Assembly (NCBI RefSeq): GCF_032444005.1
Contig: NC_091287.1
Location: forward strand, 329,344,001-329,408,000
DNA from: Ranitomeya imitator
Lineage: Eukaryota
Reading direction: 5' to 3'
DNA: 64,000 bases
Numbering within the stretch: the stretch's first letter is position 1; the number at the start of each line of letters is the position of its first letter. Shown here in pieces: positions 36,180 through 48,322 of this stretch. The notes under the pieces were generated by a model. It did not search any database. It saw nothing but the letters and a program-made list of their open reading frames with translations, and had not been told where the DNA came from. The translations under genes and the position numbers were made by a program.

Positions 36180-37039
36180 ATAGTGTGTGCCTGGATAGGG
36201 AGCACTCCGGGAAAGTGTGTGCTAAACCTGAACAGTGTGTGATCTGCCTGCCGGGAGCAAGATGAACCCCGCTCACAGAAGGACTGTGTTTGTTCTGCCT
36301 CCTTTTTGGTTTTGTTTTCCTGTTTTTTTTTCCCAGAGGGCTGCATTTTCTTTACTACACCTTGGGTTATCCTGCCTACAGTAAACCAAAGAAAGTTCTT
36401 AAAGCCGCAGTATACCCGTGTCTACCTCCATGTGCAGCCGAGTGTGCCAATCTACCACAAGGGCTATAGTTTGTTCAGGAATTATCATACAAATAAACAA
36501 GAGGAAGGAAGTTCGGCTACCCTGATATGAATTGGAAAACCTGCAGGTCCAGCATATGAATCAAGTTTTTGACTATAATAAATGACAATTTACCCTCAAA
36601 ACTGGTGCAGGACCCAACTGAAGAGGGAGAGCAGGCAGTTCTAGACCTAATCTTAACCAAGGTCTGACAGAATATCAAATGTATGGGTTGGGAATCACTT
36701 GGGTAGTAGTGACCCCAAAATAATACATTTTCACTTATCTTTTAATAAGATGTATAGTAAAGGGACTACAAGGGCAATAAACTTCAGGAAGGCTAATTTC
36801 CATTGGCTAAGAGATTATCTTAGTGTCATAAACCGGGACAATGTCATTGAAAATAAAAGTATACAAAGCAAATGGGTCACTTTTATTAGCATCCTGAATA
36901 GTACCTGTGCCCAATAGATACTCTATGGGAATTAACAAGCTAGAAATAGGAGAAAACCCTTGGGCTAAATAAACTTGTAATGGGCCAAATAAATGACAAT
37001 AGGAAAGCGTTTATGGAATTCAAGCAAAAGGGTAGTGAC
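36180..37039 (+). mobile_element. CR1 LINE fragment (ORF2 endonuclease C-terminal region)
   Basis: Broken translation GYPDMNW...LVQDPT...VLDLILT...HLGSSD.KIIHF...NFRKANF. The left boundary is approximate. Confidence 0.75.
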
Positions 37040-37341
37040 TAGTGATGAGCGAATATACTCGTTACTCGAGATTTCCCGAGCATGCTCGGGTGTCCTCCGA
37101 GTATTTTTTGGTGCTCGGAGATTTAGTTTTCATCGCCGCAGCTGAATGATTTACATCTGTTAGCCAGCTTGATTACATGTGGGCATTCCCTAGCAACCAG
37201 GCAACCCCCACATGTACTTAACAGATGTAAATCATTCAGCTGCGACAACAAAAACTAAATCTCTGAGCACTTACAAATACTTGGAGACCCCCCGAGCATG
37301 CCTGGGAAATCTTGAGCAAAGAGTATACTCGCTCATCACTA
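37040..37341. mobile_element. hAT MITE (302 bp)
   Basis: TIR TAGTGATGAGCGA / TCGCTCATCACTA; 8-bp duplication GTAGTGAC (37032-37039, 37342-37349). Confidence 0.93.
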
Positions 37342-37359
37342 GTAGTGACGAGGCATTAA

Positions 37360-38135
37360 CCCCTTTACCCCGAAGGTGGTTTGCATGTCACTGACTGGGC
37401 CATCTTGTACAATTCTGATCACTGTCAGTTTATATGGTATTATCTCTGGAATGCTTCAATGCATTCCGGTGATTCTGAGAATATTTTTTCATAACATATC
37501 GTACTTCATGATAGTGGTAACATTTATTTGATGCAGCTTGCGTTTATTTGTGAAAAATTTAGCAAATTTAATTTTTATGCTCTTAAGTCACAGAGATGTC
37601 ACAAAAATACTTAATAAGTAACATTTCCCAAATGTTTATTTTACAGCACAATTTGGAAACCAAAATTTTATTTTGTTAGGAAGTTATACATTTTATTGTA
37701 AAAATGAGAAATCGCTAGTCCACTTGGTCAAATAATTTTTTAGTGACCACATCACATTTGAAGTTACTTTGAGGGGTCTATGTGATAGAAAATATCAAAA
37801 AGTGACACCATTCTAAGAATGCACCCCTCAAAACCACATTCAAGAAGTTAATTAACCCTTCAGGTACTTTACAGGTATTTTTGAAATGTGGAAAAAAATT
37901 GAACATTTAGCTTTTTTTCACAAAAAATTTACTTCAGATACAATTTTTTTTATTTTGACACGGGTAACAGGAAAAATGGACCCCAAAATTTGTTGTGTAA
38001 TTTCTCCTGAGCATGCTGATAACCCATATGAGGGAGAAAAACACTGTTTGGGCAGAGCTTGTAAGGGAAGGAATGCTTGCTATTTACTTTTTTAATTAAA
38101 AATTTGCTGGAACATTCCATGTTGCATTTGGAGAG
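37360..38135. mobile_element. Truncated copy of the piggyBac-type element at 23796
   Basis: TTAA-CCCCTTTACCC start; colinear similarity to 23796-~24640. Confidence 0.8.
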
Positions 38136-38139
38136 CCTC

Positions 38140-39316
38140 TGCCTAGCACTCTGAAAATGAAAATGGTGGAGCTCCGCAAAGCAGGAGAAGGCTGTAAGAT
38201 GGGAAAGCATTTTCAAGGTGCCCTTTTCTCAGTTTGAAATGTAATTAAGAACTGGCAGTTAACAGGAACAGTGGAGGTCAAGATAAGACAAAGCAAAATT
38301 TCAATGAGAGCTGCTTGTTGGATTGTTAAAGAGGCAGAGAAGACCCCTGCTTGACTGCAAAAGACTTTCAGAAAAATTTAGCAGACTCTGGAGTTGTAGT
38401 ACATTTTTCTACTTTTCAGAGACACCTGCACAAATATGGTCTTCATAGAAGAGTCATCAGAAGAAAACATCTCCTGTATCCCCACCATAAAATTCAGTGT
38501 AAGAAGTATGCAAAGGCACATCTAAACAAGCCTGATGCATTTTGGAAACAAATCCTGTGGTTAAAATAGAACTATTTGGCCACAATGATGAAAGGTATGT
38601 GTGTAGAATAAAGGGCACAGAATTTCAGAAAAAAACATCTCACCAACCATGGGTCAGTCATGCTTTGGCGTTGTGTTGCAGCTAGTGACACGGGAAATGC
38701 TTCATAAGTAGAGGGAAGAATGGATTCAATTACATTTCAACAAATTCTTGGATGCAAACCTAACACCATTTGTAAAAAAGCTGAAGTTGAAAAGAGGTTG
38801 CCTTTTACAAATGGATAGTGATCCAAGACACAAGTCAAAATCCACAATAGACTGCATCAAAAGATGCAAACTTAAGGTTTTACAATTGCCCTCAGAGTTT
38901 CCTGATCTGAGCATCATTGAAAATCTGTGGCTTGACCTCAAAATAGCAGTACATGCAAGATGACCCAGAAATCTCAAAGAACTGGAAGAATTTTCCAATG
39001 AAGAATGGATGAAAATCCCTGAAACAAGAATTGAAAGTCTCTTGTCTGGCTGTAAAAAGTGTTTACAAGCTGTGATACATTCAAAATGGGGTGCTACAAG
39101 GTACTAACCATGCAAGGTGCCCAAACCTTTGCATTGGCCCATTTTCCTTTTTTATTTTTAAAATGGAAAATATGACAATATACTTTTTGTTGCCCCAAAT
39201 ACAAAGGAAATGTGTCATCTTGAATTTCTTTAAGAGATCATTTCATGTTCAACTTGCATACTGTTCACAATAACAGTAATTTTGACCAGAGATGCCCAAA
39301 CTTTTACATGCCTCTG
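38140..39316 (+). mobile_element. Degenerate Tc1 element, 5' truncated
   Basis: Transposase fragments (KYAKAHLNKPDAFWKQILW; LQMDSDPRH...PDLSIIENLW); right terminus ending CTG followed by TA at 39317-39318. Confidence 0.82.
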
Positions 39317-39500
39317 TACATGATGAGACAGTATTTGGAGTTGGGATGGATTTTTTTTTCCTCATGGGGTTCTTGTTTTCTTTTGGTTTAGCATGTTAGG
39401 TTATCGGTTGAATTCAATTTACTTATGTCTGCCTTCAACCTTAAAAACTTTGAAACTATGAATTTATTAAACTACTTGAACAGCGTTACCAATAGATATA

Positions 39501-41107
39501 CAGTGGGGCAAAAAAGTATTTAGTCAGTCAGCAATAGTGCAAGTTCCACCACTTAAAAAGATGAGAGGCGTCTGTAATTTACATCATAGGTAGGCCTCAA
39601 CTATGGGAGACAAACTGAGAAAAAAAAATCCAGAAAATCACATTGTCTGTTTTTTTTAACATTTTATTTGCATATTATGGTGGAAAATATGTATTTGGTC
39701 AGAAACAAACAATCAAGATTTCTGGCTCTCACAGACCTGTAACTTCTTCTTTAAGAGTCTCCTCTTTCCTCCACTCATTACCTGTAGTAATGGCACCTGT
39801 TTAAACTTGTTATCAGTATAAAAAGACACCTGTGCACACCCTCAAACAGTCTGACTCCAAACTCCACTATGGTGAAGACCAAAGAGCTGTCAAAGGACAC
39901 CAGAAACAAAATTGTAGCCCTGCACCAGGCTGGGAAGACTGAATCTGCAATAGCCAACCAGCTTGGAGTGAAGAAATCAACAGTGGGAGCAAGAATTAGA
40001 AAATGGAAGACATACAAGACCACTGATAATCTCCCTCGATCTGGGGCTACACGCAAAATCCCACCCCGTGGGGTCAGAATGATCACAAGAACGATGAGCA
40101 AAAATCCCAGAACCACGCGGGGGGACCTAGTGAATGAACTGCAGAGAGCTGGGATCAATGTAACAAGGCCTACCATAAGTAACACACTACGCCACCATGG
40201 ACTCAGATCCTGCAGTGCCAGATGTGTCCCACTGCTTAAGCCAGTACATGTCCGGGCCCGTCTGAAGTTTGCTAGAGAACATTTGGATGATCCAGAGGAG
40301 TTTTGGGAGAATGTCCTATGGTCTGATAAAACCAAACTGGAACTGTTTGGTAGAAACACAACTTGTCGTGTTTGGAGGAAAAAGAATACTGAGTTGCATC
40401 CATCAAACACCATACCTACTGTAAAGCATGGTGGTGGAAACATCATGCTTTGGGGCTGTTTCTCTGCAAAGGGGCCAGGACGACTGATCCGGGTACATGA
40501 AAGAATGAATGGGGCCATGTATCGTGAGATTTTGAGTACAAACCTCCTTCCATCAGCAAGGGCATTGAAGATGAAACGTGGCTGGGTCTTTCAACATGAC
40601 AATGATCCAAAGCACACCACCAGGGCAACGAAGGAGTGGCTTCGTAAGAAGCATTTCAAGGTCCTGGAGTGGCCTAGCCAGTCTCCAGATCTCAACCCTA
40701 TAGAAAACCTTTGGAGGGAGTTGAAAGTCCGTGTTGCCAAGCGAAAAGCCAAAAACATCACTGCTCTAGAGGAGATCTGCATGGAGGAATGGGCCAACAT
40801 ACCAACAACAGTGTGTGGCAACCTTGTGAAGACTTACAGAAAACGTTTGACCTCTGTCATTGCCAACAAAGGATATATTACAAAGTATTGAGATGAAATT
40901 TTGTTTCTGACCAAATACTTATTTTCCACCATAATATGCAAATAAAATGTTAAAAAAACAGACAATGTGATTTTCTGGATTTTTTTTTCTCAGTTTGTCT
41001 CCCATAGTTGAGGTCTACCTATGATGTAAATTACAGACGCCTCTCATCTTTTTAAGTGGTGGAACTTGCACTATTGCTGACTGACTAAATACTTTTTTGC
41101 CCCACTG
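39501..41107 (+). mobile_element. Full-length Tc1 transposon (1607 bp) with ~209-bp TIRs
   Basis: TA duplication (39499-39500, 41108-41109); TIRs 39501-39709 and 40900-41107 start CAGTGGGGCAAAAAAGTATTT and differ by about 2 substitutions and 1 indel. Confidence 0.97.
39869..40891 (+). CDS. Tc1-family DD34E transposase, 340 aa, uninterrupted
   Basis: Paired-like HTH N-terminus, WSD, QHD, and exactly 34 residues to the E of SPDLNPIE. Confidence 0.95.
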   Translation: MVKTKELSKDTRNKIVALHQAGKTESAIANQLGVKKSTVGARIRKWKTYKTTDNLPRSGATRKIPPRGVRMITRTMSKNPRTTRGDLVNELQRAGINVTRPTISNTLRHHGLRSCSARCVPLLKPVHVRARLKFAREHLDDPEEFWENVLWSDKTKLELFGRNTTCRVWRKKNTELHPSNTIPTVKHGGGNIMLWGCFSAKGPGRLIRVHERMNGAMYREILSTNLLPSARALKMKRGWVFQHDNDPKHTTRATKEWLRKKHFKVLEWPSQSPDLNPIENLWRELKVRVAKRKAKNITALEEICMEEWANIPTTVCGNLVKTYRKRLTSVIANKGYITKY

Positions 41108-43341
41108 TATATTACTATCATTTTCTCTTTAGAGTCCTACCCTTATTAGCAATATGTATTTGGCCTCCAGATGACTATATGGTTAGATCTTAGCTCTGTT
41201 TACAGATGTTTAACAGGTATTCATATAGCAAGTACAGTGCTTAGTAGTGCTGGTAATTTCAACATATGCTCAGCATGAATGTTAGTGTATTAGTTTTTAA
41301 GATATATGTAACCTTAGATTTTGATATTTTTTTCTCTCAGATTATAGTGATGTATTAAGGCATTATATAACGAATATAAATGAGTTTTATTTTACTCTTT
41401 GCATACTACAATCATAGTTTTAAGTTACAAATAAGACCACCATATAAAGATGAGGTGCATTAATATTATTTAGTCACTCTATGCTATTATTATTATAACA
41501 GTATGATATAATGACTAAATAATGCTAACATACCTTGAATTAATCCACTGTATTACAATAAATATCAGACCTGTACAATTAATGATATGTTTACACAGTG
41601 ACATAGTAGTGATATAGCCCTACAGGTGGTCTGTAAGGTATGATCACACTGCAGACTCAATAAAAAAAACTGTATATAACATGTGAAGCCAAAAGAACAA
41701 TAAACAACAGTACATTCCATTGATACAAGACCTAGCATCTTCTGAGTTTGTAGTCATTTTAGAGGTGATTTATCCTGCTGATAATAGTAACATTATTATT
41801 TTTCTGATATTATATAATGTCAGCTATTAAATCTTTCATTTACTTTCCATAAACTAGCTACTTAAACTTGAGTAGAAATATTATCAATTTTCTTTTCCTA
41901 AAAACATTCATCGAAAATGTTGGCTGTGAAAAGAGAAAACGGGGCAGAAAGTAAGATTCCGTACAGTAATATTTCCAGAAAACATGGAAAACCCCATTGG
42001 TCTCCATTAATGCTAAGTAGAGATTATAGGATCTGGCAAAATTCAAATTCAGCAAATTGCACCTATTTTCCAGTGGACTTCAATTCACAGTGAAGTTATT
42101 CTTGGTACATTGATTGTTTCTTACTATAATTTGTAGTCTTGTGCATTCGGAAATCCTGTTTTTTTTTTGGGGGGGGGGTTTACAGTTCAGCAAAATGGAG
42201 ACCAGTTGGTCGCCATTTTGCTTCTTTTGTTGGGAACGAATTACAAAGCATCCATATTATGGAGATTGCGGATTTTTGCAAAATTCAAATAGTATTCAAT
42301 TCCACTCTAATAAATTCAACCATCTCTCTCTTTACAGGCCTCAAGTTCTGACTAGTATAAATAATAAAAACCATTAGGGTTTGTATAAACCTTAAAAAAT
42401 ATATTCATTTTATATAACAAAAATGTTTTATACATTAGCACTTTGTTCTAATAAAATGAACAACTATCAACAAAGTGGATGCATTATTGCATAAAAAAGT
42501 CATGAACTGCTAGGAAAAAGGAACAGAAAAGCATTACCAGTAAAGTAGTCACAGAAAGACTTCCAACTATACAGCAAAACTGGGTCGGGAACAAAAGATC
42601 CAATAAAACAGGAAAAAGGATGGGATGAATGAAAAAGAATTCTGAGCAGTCTGAATTGGTAACTAGGAAATCAAGAAAACCAAGAGTACATAGGATCAGA
42701 AACCAGGTCAATGAATGTCCAATCCAATGGCAACCTGCCAACAAACAAGATTGTTGTTTACCCCAGTTTTTCTCCAAGGAACTTTCTTTAACAAAAGGAT
42801 AATCAGGTGGCATGCTGGTAAAAGTTCAGGCAAAAATAGCAAAGAAAGAGCCAGCTGCAAACTGCCTATGGATTCAGCTGGTATATAGCATCTACTTAGC
42901 CAGGGGCTATGGCTCAAATTATTGTAATTATGATGTTATATGTTTTGTTCTAAATATGAAAAGTATCTTATAAAATAACATCTTACACAAGTACAGTCAT
43001 TGCTGTATTTTAACTGGTGCAGGCACAGTATGGGGTGTTTTGCACCTTCAGGACCAGACCACTAATTTTAGTATACTTTTAATGCCTATAATTTTTATTT
43101 GCTGGGATAATAATGAGTTTTTGCAGCTTTTTTGTGAGAAGTGCCGAAGTGTTTTTGAATTTATTTTAATTTGTTGGTGTTTTTATGGTTATTTTATAAT
43201 CTGTCCCTCGAAAAGAAAAATGGGAAAATCCTCTTATAGTTGCTATGGTCACTGTTGGTGCCAAGCTGACTCCAGTTGGACCAAAGTAGCAACTTGCAGC
43301 AGTAAAGATCACGATGATCACATGACCGGTCACATTAAGAC

Positions 43342-43628
43342 TAGTGATTGCTCCGAACATGCTCGGGTGGTCTCCAAGTATTCTGGCGTGCTCGGAGATT
43401 TAGTTTATGTCAACGCAGCTGCATGATTTGCGGCTGCGTTGACAGCTTGAATGCATGTGGGGGTTGCTTAACAAACAGGCAATCCCCACATGTATTCAAG
43501 ATGTCTAGCAGCAGCAAATCATGCAGCTGCGTCGATATAAACTAAATCTCCGAGCACACCGAAATACTCGGAGACCACCCGAGCATGCTCGGAGACACCC
43601 GAGTAACAAGCATACTCGCTCATCACTA
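43342..43628. mobile_element. hAT MITE, degenerate relative of 37040-37341
   Basis: Right TIR CGCTCATCACTA; left end TAGTGAT followed by a deletion; flanks ATTAAGAC / CTTAAGGC (6 of 8 match). Confidence 0.75.
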
Positions 43629-44350
43629 CTTAAGGCCTCTAGGATTAATATACAGTAGGTATTGGTACTGGTACTTATTGAGTGAAAATAGCTCCTGTCT
43701 TTTCCCTATGGTTGCTGACAGCATCTTAACGCTAGTGCCATAATTATCGATCAGAGCATTGGAAAGTCCCAGTAGCAAGACTATCTTTAAACAGTTAAAA
43801 ATAATTAATTACATTTAGAACCAAGGGCATACATACAAAAAAATGTGAAACAGTTCTTTAATGTATTTGTTAATAGTGAATATATTAATTTCGAACTGAT
43901 ATTTATGCTATTCTTATGCATTTCAATCTTTTATTGCTCATTTTGATCAAATTGTGCATCTCCATCTGACTAAAAACATTGTAACCTCTTCAGAGAGGAC
44001 CCTACAATAACAGACTTATCTTTCCTGGCTTTATTCATACAAATTTAATAGGTAAGTAGGATCTATCTAGATTGATCTTCTTTAATTAAATGCCGCCACA
44101 GACAGCAATGAGAAATGTACATGCGTCAAGTTTGAGGCAGCCTACACCCCAAATCTACAATCCGACAGATTAAATTGTTCACATTTTAGCAAAATAAATT
44201 AAATGTAGTAGTGAAAGTAATATATACTAAAGAGCACTCAGTCCTGTGCACGTTTGTATCATACTGCAATACGGTCTCAGCAGCTTGCAGTTTTACATTT
44301 ATTTCATTTTGCTAGGATGCGCTAATCAATTTTTTCTGTTGCCTTTTTAA

Positions 44351-44553
44351 CCCTGCTGTTCTGTTGGTCAAAAATGACCGACTTTGAACTTCAATATTCT
44401 TTAAAATATTCAAGATGCGGCTCTGAAACCCGTGGCCGACCGACCCATCCTCATTTAAGTCAATCAACCACAAGTTTCAGAACCGCATCTTGAACACCCC
44501 AAAAAATACCAAAGTTCAAAATAGGTCTCCCCAGACCGAACAGAACAGCAGGG
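44351..44553. mobile_element. piggyBac-type palindromic MITE (203 bp)
   Basis: TTAA on both sides; TIR CCCTGCTGTTCTG / CAGAACAGCAGGG. Confidence 0.88.
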
Positions 44554-46122
44554 TTAAAGGGAATTTAGCTCTGCTAAACCATATTTTTTTTCTTGCATGA
44601 TGATGTGTAGGAGTCACCTCTTAAGAAGAACTGCACTACACAAACCAAACTTTGAGGAGGGACTGACGTAGCCCTTTTCTATGAGGAAATACGTTTCAGA
44701 CGGGACCAAGGTAGAAACATGGATGTCATCTATCTGATCTTTTAAAAAGGGATTCTATACAGTGCCACATAAAAGGTTTGTACATTAATTTGGAGGGTGG
44801 TTATTAATGGAACACACTTTTTGGGTACATCAGGGTCATTATTGGGCCCTTTTCTTTTTAATGTATTAATTAATGACTAGAAAGGAGCAAATTGATTCAA
44901 TGCAAATCTAATTCATGTTTAATTATAGGAAATTTGCTGAACCCAGTGTCACGACTCAGCTGTCGGATGACCCAGGACAAGGGGCTCCTTCCCTGTCTCT
45001 TCCACTAAGGGGCACCCTAGTTTGCCCTATTCCCCGGAATACTTCTGAAGGTGAAGATGCTGGGGCTGCCACTCTTGCCTTATCTCCTGAATCAGCCCTC
45101 CGTCTGTTCTCTTTCCCCACCCAGGGAAGAGTGGCGCTACTGCGCACCGCCATACACCAACCTGACGAACAAGGCAACACAATCAAGGGTAAACTGAAAA
45201 TACCAAGCATACAAATATTCCCTCACATATAACAGAGGAATGCACCAGGGAGTGGAGGAAGGGAATTATCACACTTACAAGCCACCCAACAGTCACAGAT
45301 AACTCCTACAAAACTCATTCTCATATAAACACCTCTCCTCCAAGCCATGTAGCAAAAGCTATCTCTGACATGGGTTTGAATCAGGACCAAGATTATAAAG
45401 GGGATGGGAGTGGCTAACAGAGCTCAGCTGAGATCTCATGCTCCCAGAGTTTCCAACATGGCCGATTAACCACTGTTCTGTCAAAAAAAATAAACACAAT
45501 TTAAAAAGAAGGAGAAATGCTTCTTTCTCTAGCAGCCTTCCACGACAGCCACAGGAGGTTGTCTCCATACCCTAATGGGGGACAGGAAGCACAAGAGGTT
45601 AAAAACCCCTCCCACCTCCCATTAACCAGTGTCTTTCCAGTTCCCCATGGGGCATGGAGAGGTTCCTGGTGCGCTGCGCGGCCGGCTCTGCAGTGTACCT
45701 TTTATTTTTTTACTTTGCCGGGCATTGGTGGTCGGGCCCCGGGGCTTCCTCCTCTGTTATGCTCCCTGTTTCCTCCAGATTCGGGACCGCATTCCCGGTC
45801 CTCCTGCGCTCCCTCTGCGGGGTAAAGCGAACTGGTGAGCCCTTCCTGCAGGCCTCCCTGAGCTCTCCGGCATCTCCCCCTCCTGTGCGCGCTGTTCGGC
45901 GACCCGAAAGTCACGTGGTGTTCTACTTCCGGGTCGGCGCTCCAGCATAGGAGCGATATCCTGTCCAGCGTTATGGACTACTGAACGGCGTGTGAGTCAC
46001 GCTGCACCCTCGCACGCCTGCCTGGGACCGCGGAGGGGGAGGGGCAGCTAAGTGCCATGCGCTGGTGCAGTCTTATTTCCTATATAAGCTGCGAAGACGT
46101 CTCAGGTAAGCCTGCTGTAAGC

Positions 46123-48322
46123 ATGGATTCGTCTTGCCCTGCAGCTGCAGAGCCCAGCGCTCCTCAAGCCCCAGTAAGTGCGGCAGAGATGGGTCCCTGT
46201 TGTGAATTCTGTGGCGGAGCTCCCTCCTGTGGTCACAAGTGGTACTTCGGCTGGTTCTCTCTGTGAGCTTCCGTTGGTGGAGGAAAGTGGTACTGCGGCT
46301 TCTGAGTTTCCTTCCTCAGGTGATGTGGTGAAGTCGTTAGGTGCTGCTCTATTTAACTCCACCTAGTGCTTTGATCCTGGCCTCCTGTCAATGTTCTAGT
46401 ATTGGACCTGTTTCCTCCTGGATCATTCCTGTGGCCTGCTGCTCTGCATAGCTAAGTTCCTCTTTGCTATTTGTTTGCTGTTTTTTTCTGTCCAGCTTGT
46501 CAATTTGTTTTTACTGCTTGCTGGTAGCTCTGGGATGCAGAGGGTGTACCTCCGTGCCGTTAGTTCGGTACGGAGGGTCTTTTTGCCCCCTTTGCGTGGT
46601 GTTTGTAGGGTTTTGTGTTGACCGCAAAGTTACCTTTCCTATCCTCGCTCTGTTCAGAAAGTTGGGCCTCACTTTGCTAAATCTATTTCATCTCTACGTT
46701 TGTCTTTTCATCTTAACTCACAGTCATTATATGTGGGGGCTGCCTTTTCCTTTGGGGTATTTCTCTGAGGCAAGGTAGGCTTATTTTCTATCTTCATGCT
46801 AGCTAGTTTCTCAGGCCGTGCCGAGTTGCATAGGGAGCGTTAGGCGCAATCCACGGCTGCCTTTAGTGTGTTGGAGAGGATTAGGGATTGCGGTCAACAG
46901 AGTTCCCACGTCTCAGAGCTCGTTCTTCTTTTTTGGGTTATTGCCAGGTCACTGTATGTGCGCTGATCTCTATGTCCATTGTGGTACTGAATTACCTTTC
47001 ATAACAGGTCCCGTTTTAAGGTAGTTTAAATATACCTTCTTACACCGCTTCCTCTCTCATTTCAGGGAGTCAAGCCTGGCCCTAGAACCGTTACTAAACG
47101 CAAATGCGCTACCTGTAATGTAAAAATGCCCTTAGATTGGGAGAAAAAGTTGTGCCAACCTTGTACGGATAAAGTAGTCCGGGCGGAACACCCTTCTTTA
47201 ATTGAAGAAATTCGCTCCCTGGTTAGGCAAGAGGTCCAAACCTCTTTAGCCACACTCGCCCCCCCTCCACCACCACCACCGTCCTCACCTGGTACATTAC
47301 TTCCCAAAAAGAGGAAAATCCAGGAATATTCTGGGTCAGAGTCTGAAGAGTCTTATACGTCATCTTCAGTCAAATGGGAAGATGTGTTACCCCATAAGTC
47401 TGCGGAAATTAGAAAATATCTTTTCTCCTCTGAATACATTGAGGAATTGGTGTCTGCAGTGAGGAATACTATGGGGCTAAAAGAGGAACCAGTTCCTCAG
47501 TCTATACAAGACGAACTATTCGGTATACATACCGAAAAACAACCTGGGTTTCCCGTACATAAAAGTATCATAGACATGATCAATAATGAGTGGGAACTGC
47601 CTGAGAAACGGCTAACTACCCCCTCAGACTTTAAACATCGGTTTCCTCTAGATGAGGATTCAATCAAATGGAGCATCCCCAAAATAGATGTTCAGGTGGC
47701 AAGAGTGGCTAAGAAGACGGCTCTGCCGTTCAAGGATTCTTCCCAGTTAAAGGACCCCTTAGATAGGAAGATTGAGAGCCTTCTCAAAAAATCCTGGGAA
47801 ACTTCTACCTCGGCCCTCAGATTCAACATTGCATCCACCTGTGTGGCCCGCTCTCTCTTCTGCTGGATAGAAGAGCTAGAAAACCACATCTCTCAGGGTA
47901 CCCCCAGAGAAGAAGTATTGGACTACTTGCCTATTTTGTATCGGGCAACTGGGTTCCTTGCAGACGCCTCACTAGAATCCATCCATGTGGCCGCCAGATC
48001 TCTAGTCCAGACAAATTCAGCCAGAAGAGCTCTCTGGCTAAAAATGTGGAGCGGAGATGTCACTTAAAAAATAAAGCTTTGTTCCATTCCTTTTAAGGGT
48101 GACTATGTGTTTGGGCCCTCATTAGATGACATACTGGAAAAAGCCACGGACAGAAAGAAAACTCTTCCTGAACAAAGACCTCCCAGGAAGCGTTTTTTTC
48201 GACCCTCCCAGCCCCAGCCCTACCAGGGTAAAGGAAAAGGGAAGTCTGGGAGGTGGAGTTATGCCAAGGGGAAACCTAAAAACACCCTTATTCCCCAACA
48301 AACACAACAAGAAAAACAATGA
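46123..48322 (+). pseudogene. DIRS ORF1 (gag-like), predicted spliced: 46123-46173 joined to 47066-48322
   Basis: A phase-0 join gives MDSSCPAAAEPSAPQAP/GVKPGPRTVTKRKCATC...CQPC, in frame with ORF 47126-48067. One in-frame TAA at 48065-48067, then the frame continues to 48322. Confidence 0.75.
46198..47006. mobile_element. Solo LTR (809 bp) inserted in the DIRS ORF1 intron
   Basis: Termini TGTTGTG / CATAACA; 6-bp duplication GGTCCC (46192-46197, 47007-47012). Confidence 0.88.

Noticed and set aside
41133-41216. Exon-like segment with a strong acceptor
   Set aside because: Stops in all three frames with the obvious donor.
44611-44775. Exon-like segment
   Set aside because: Stops in all frames and no recognisable homology.
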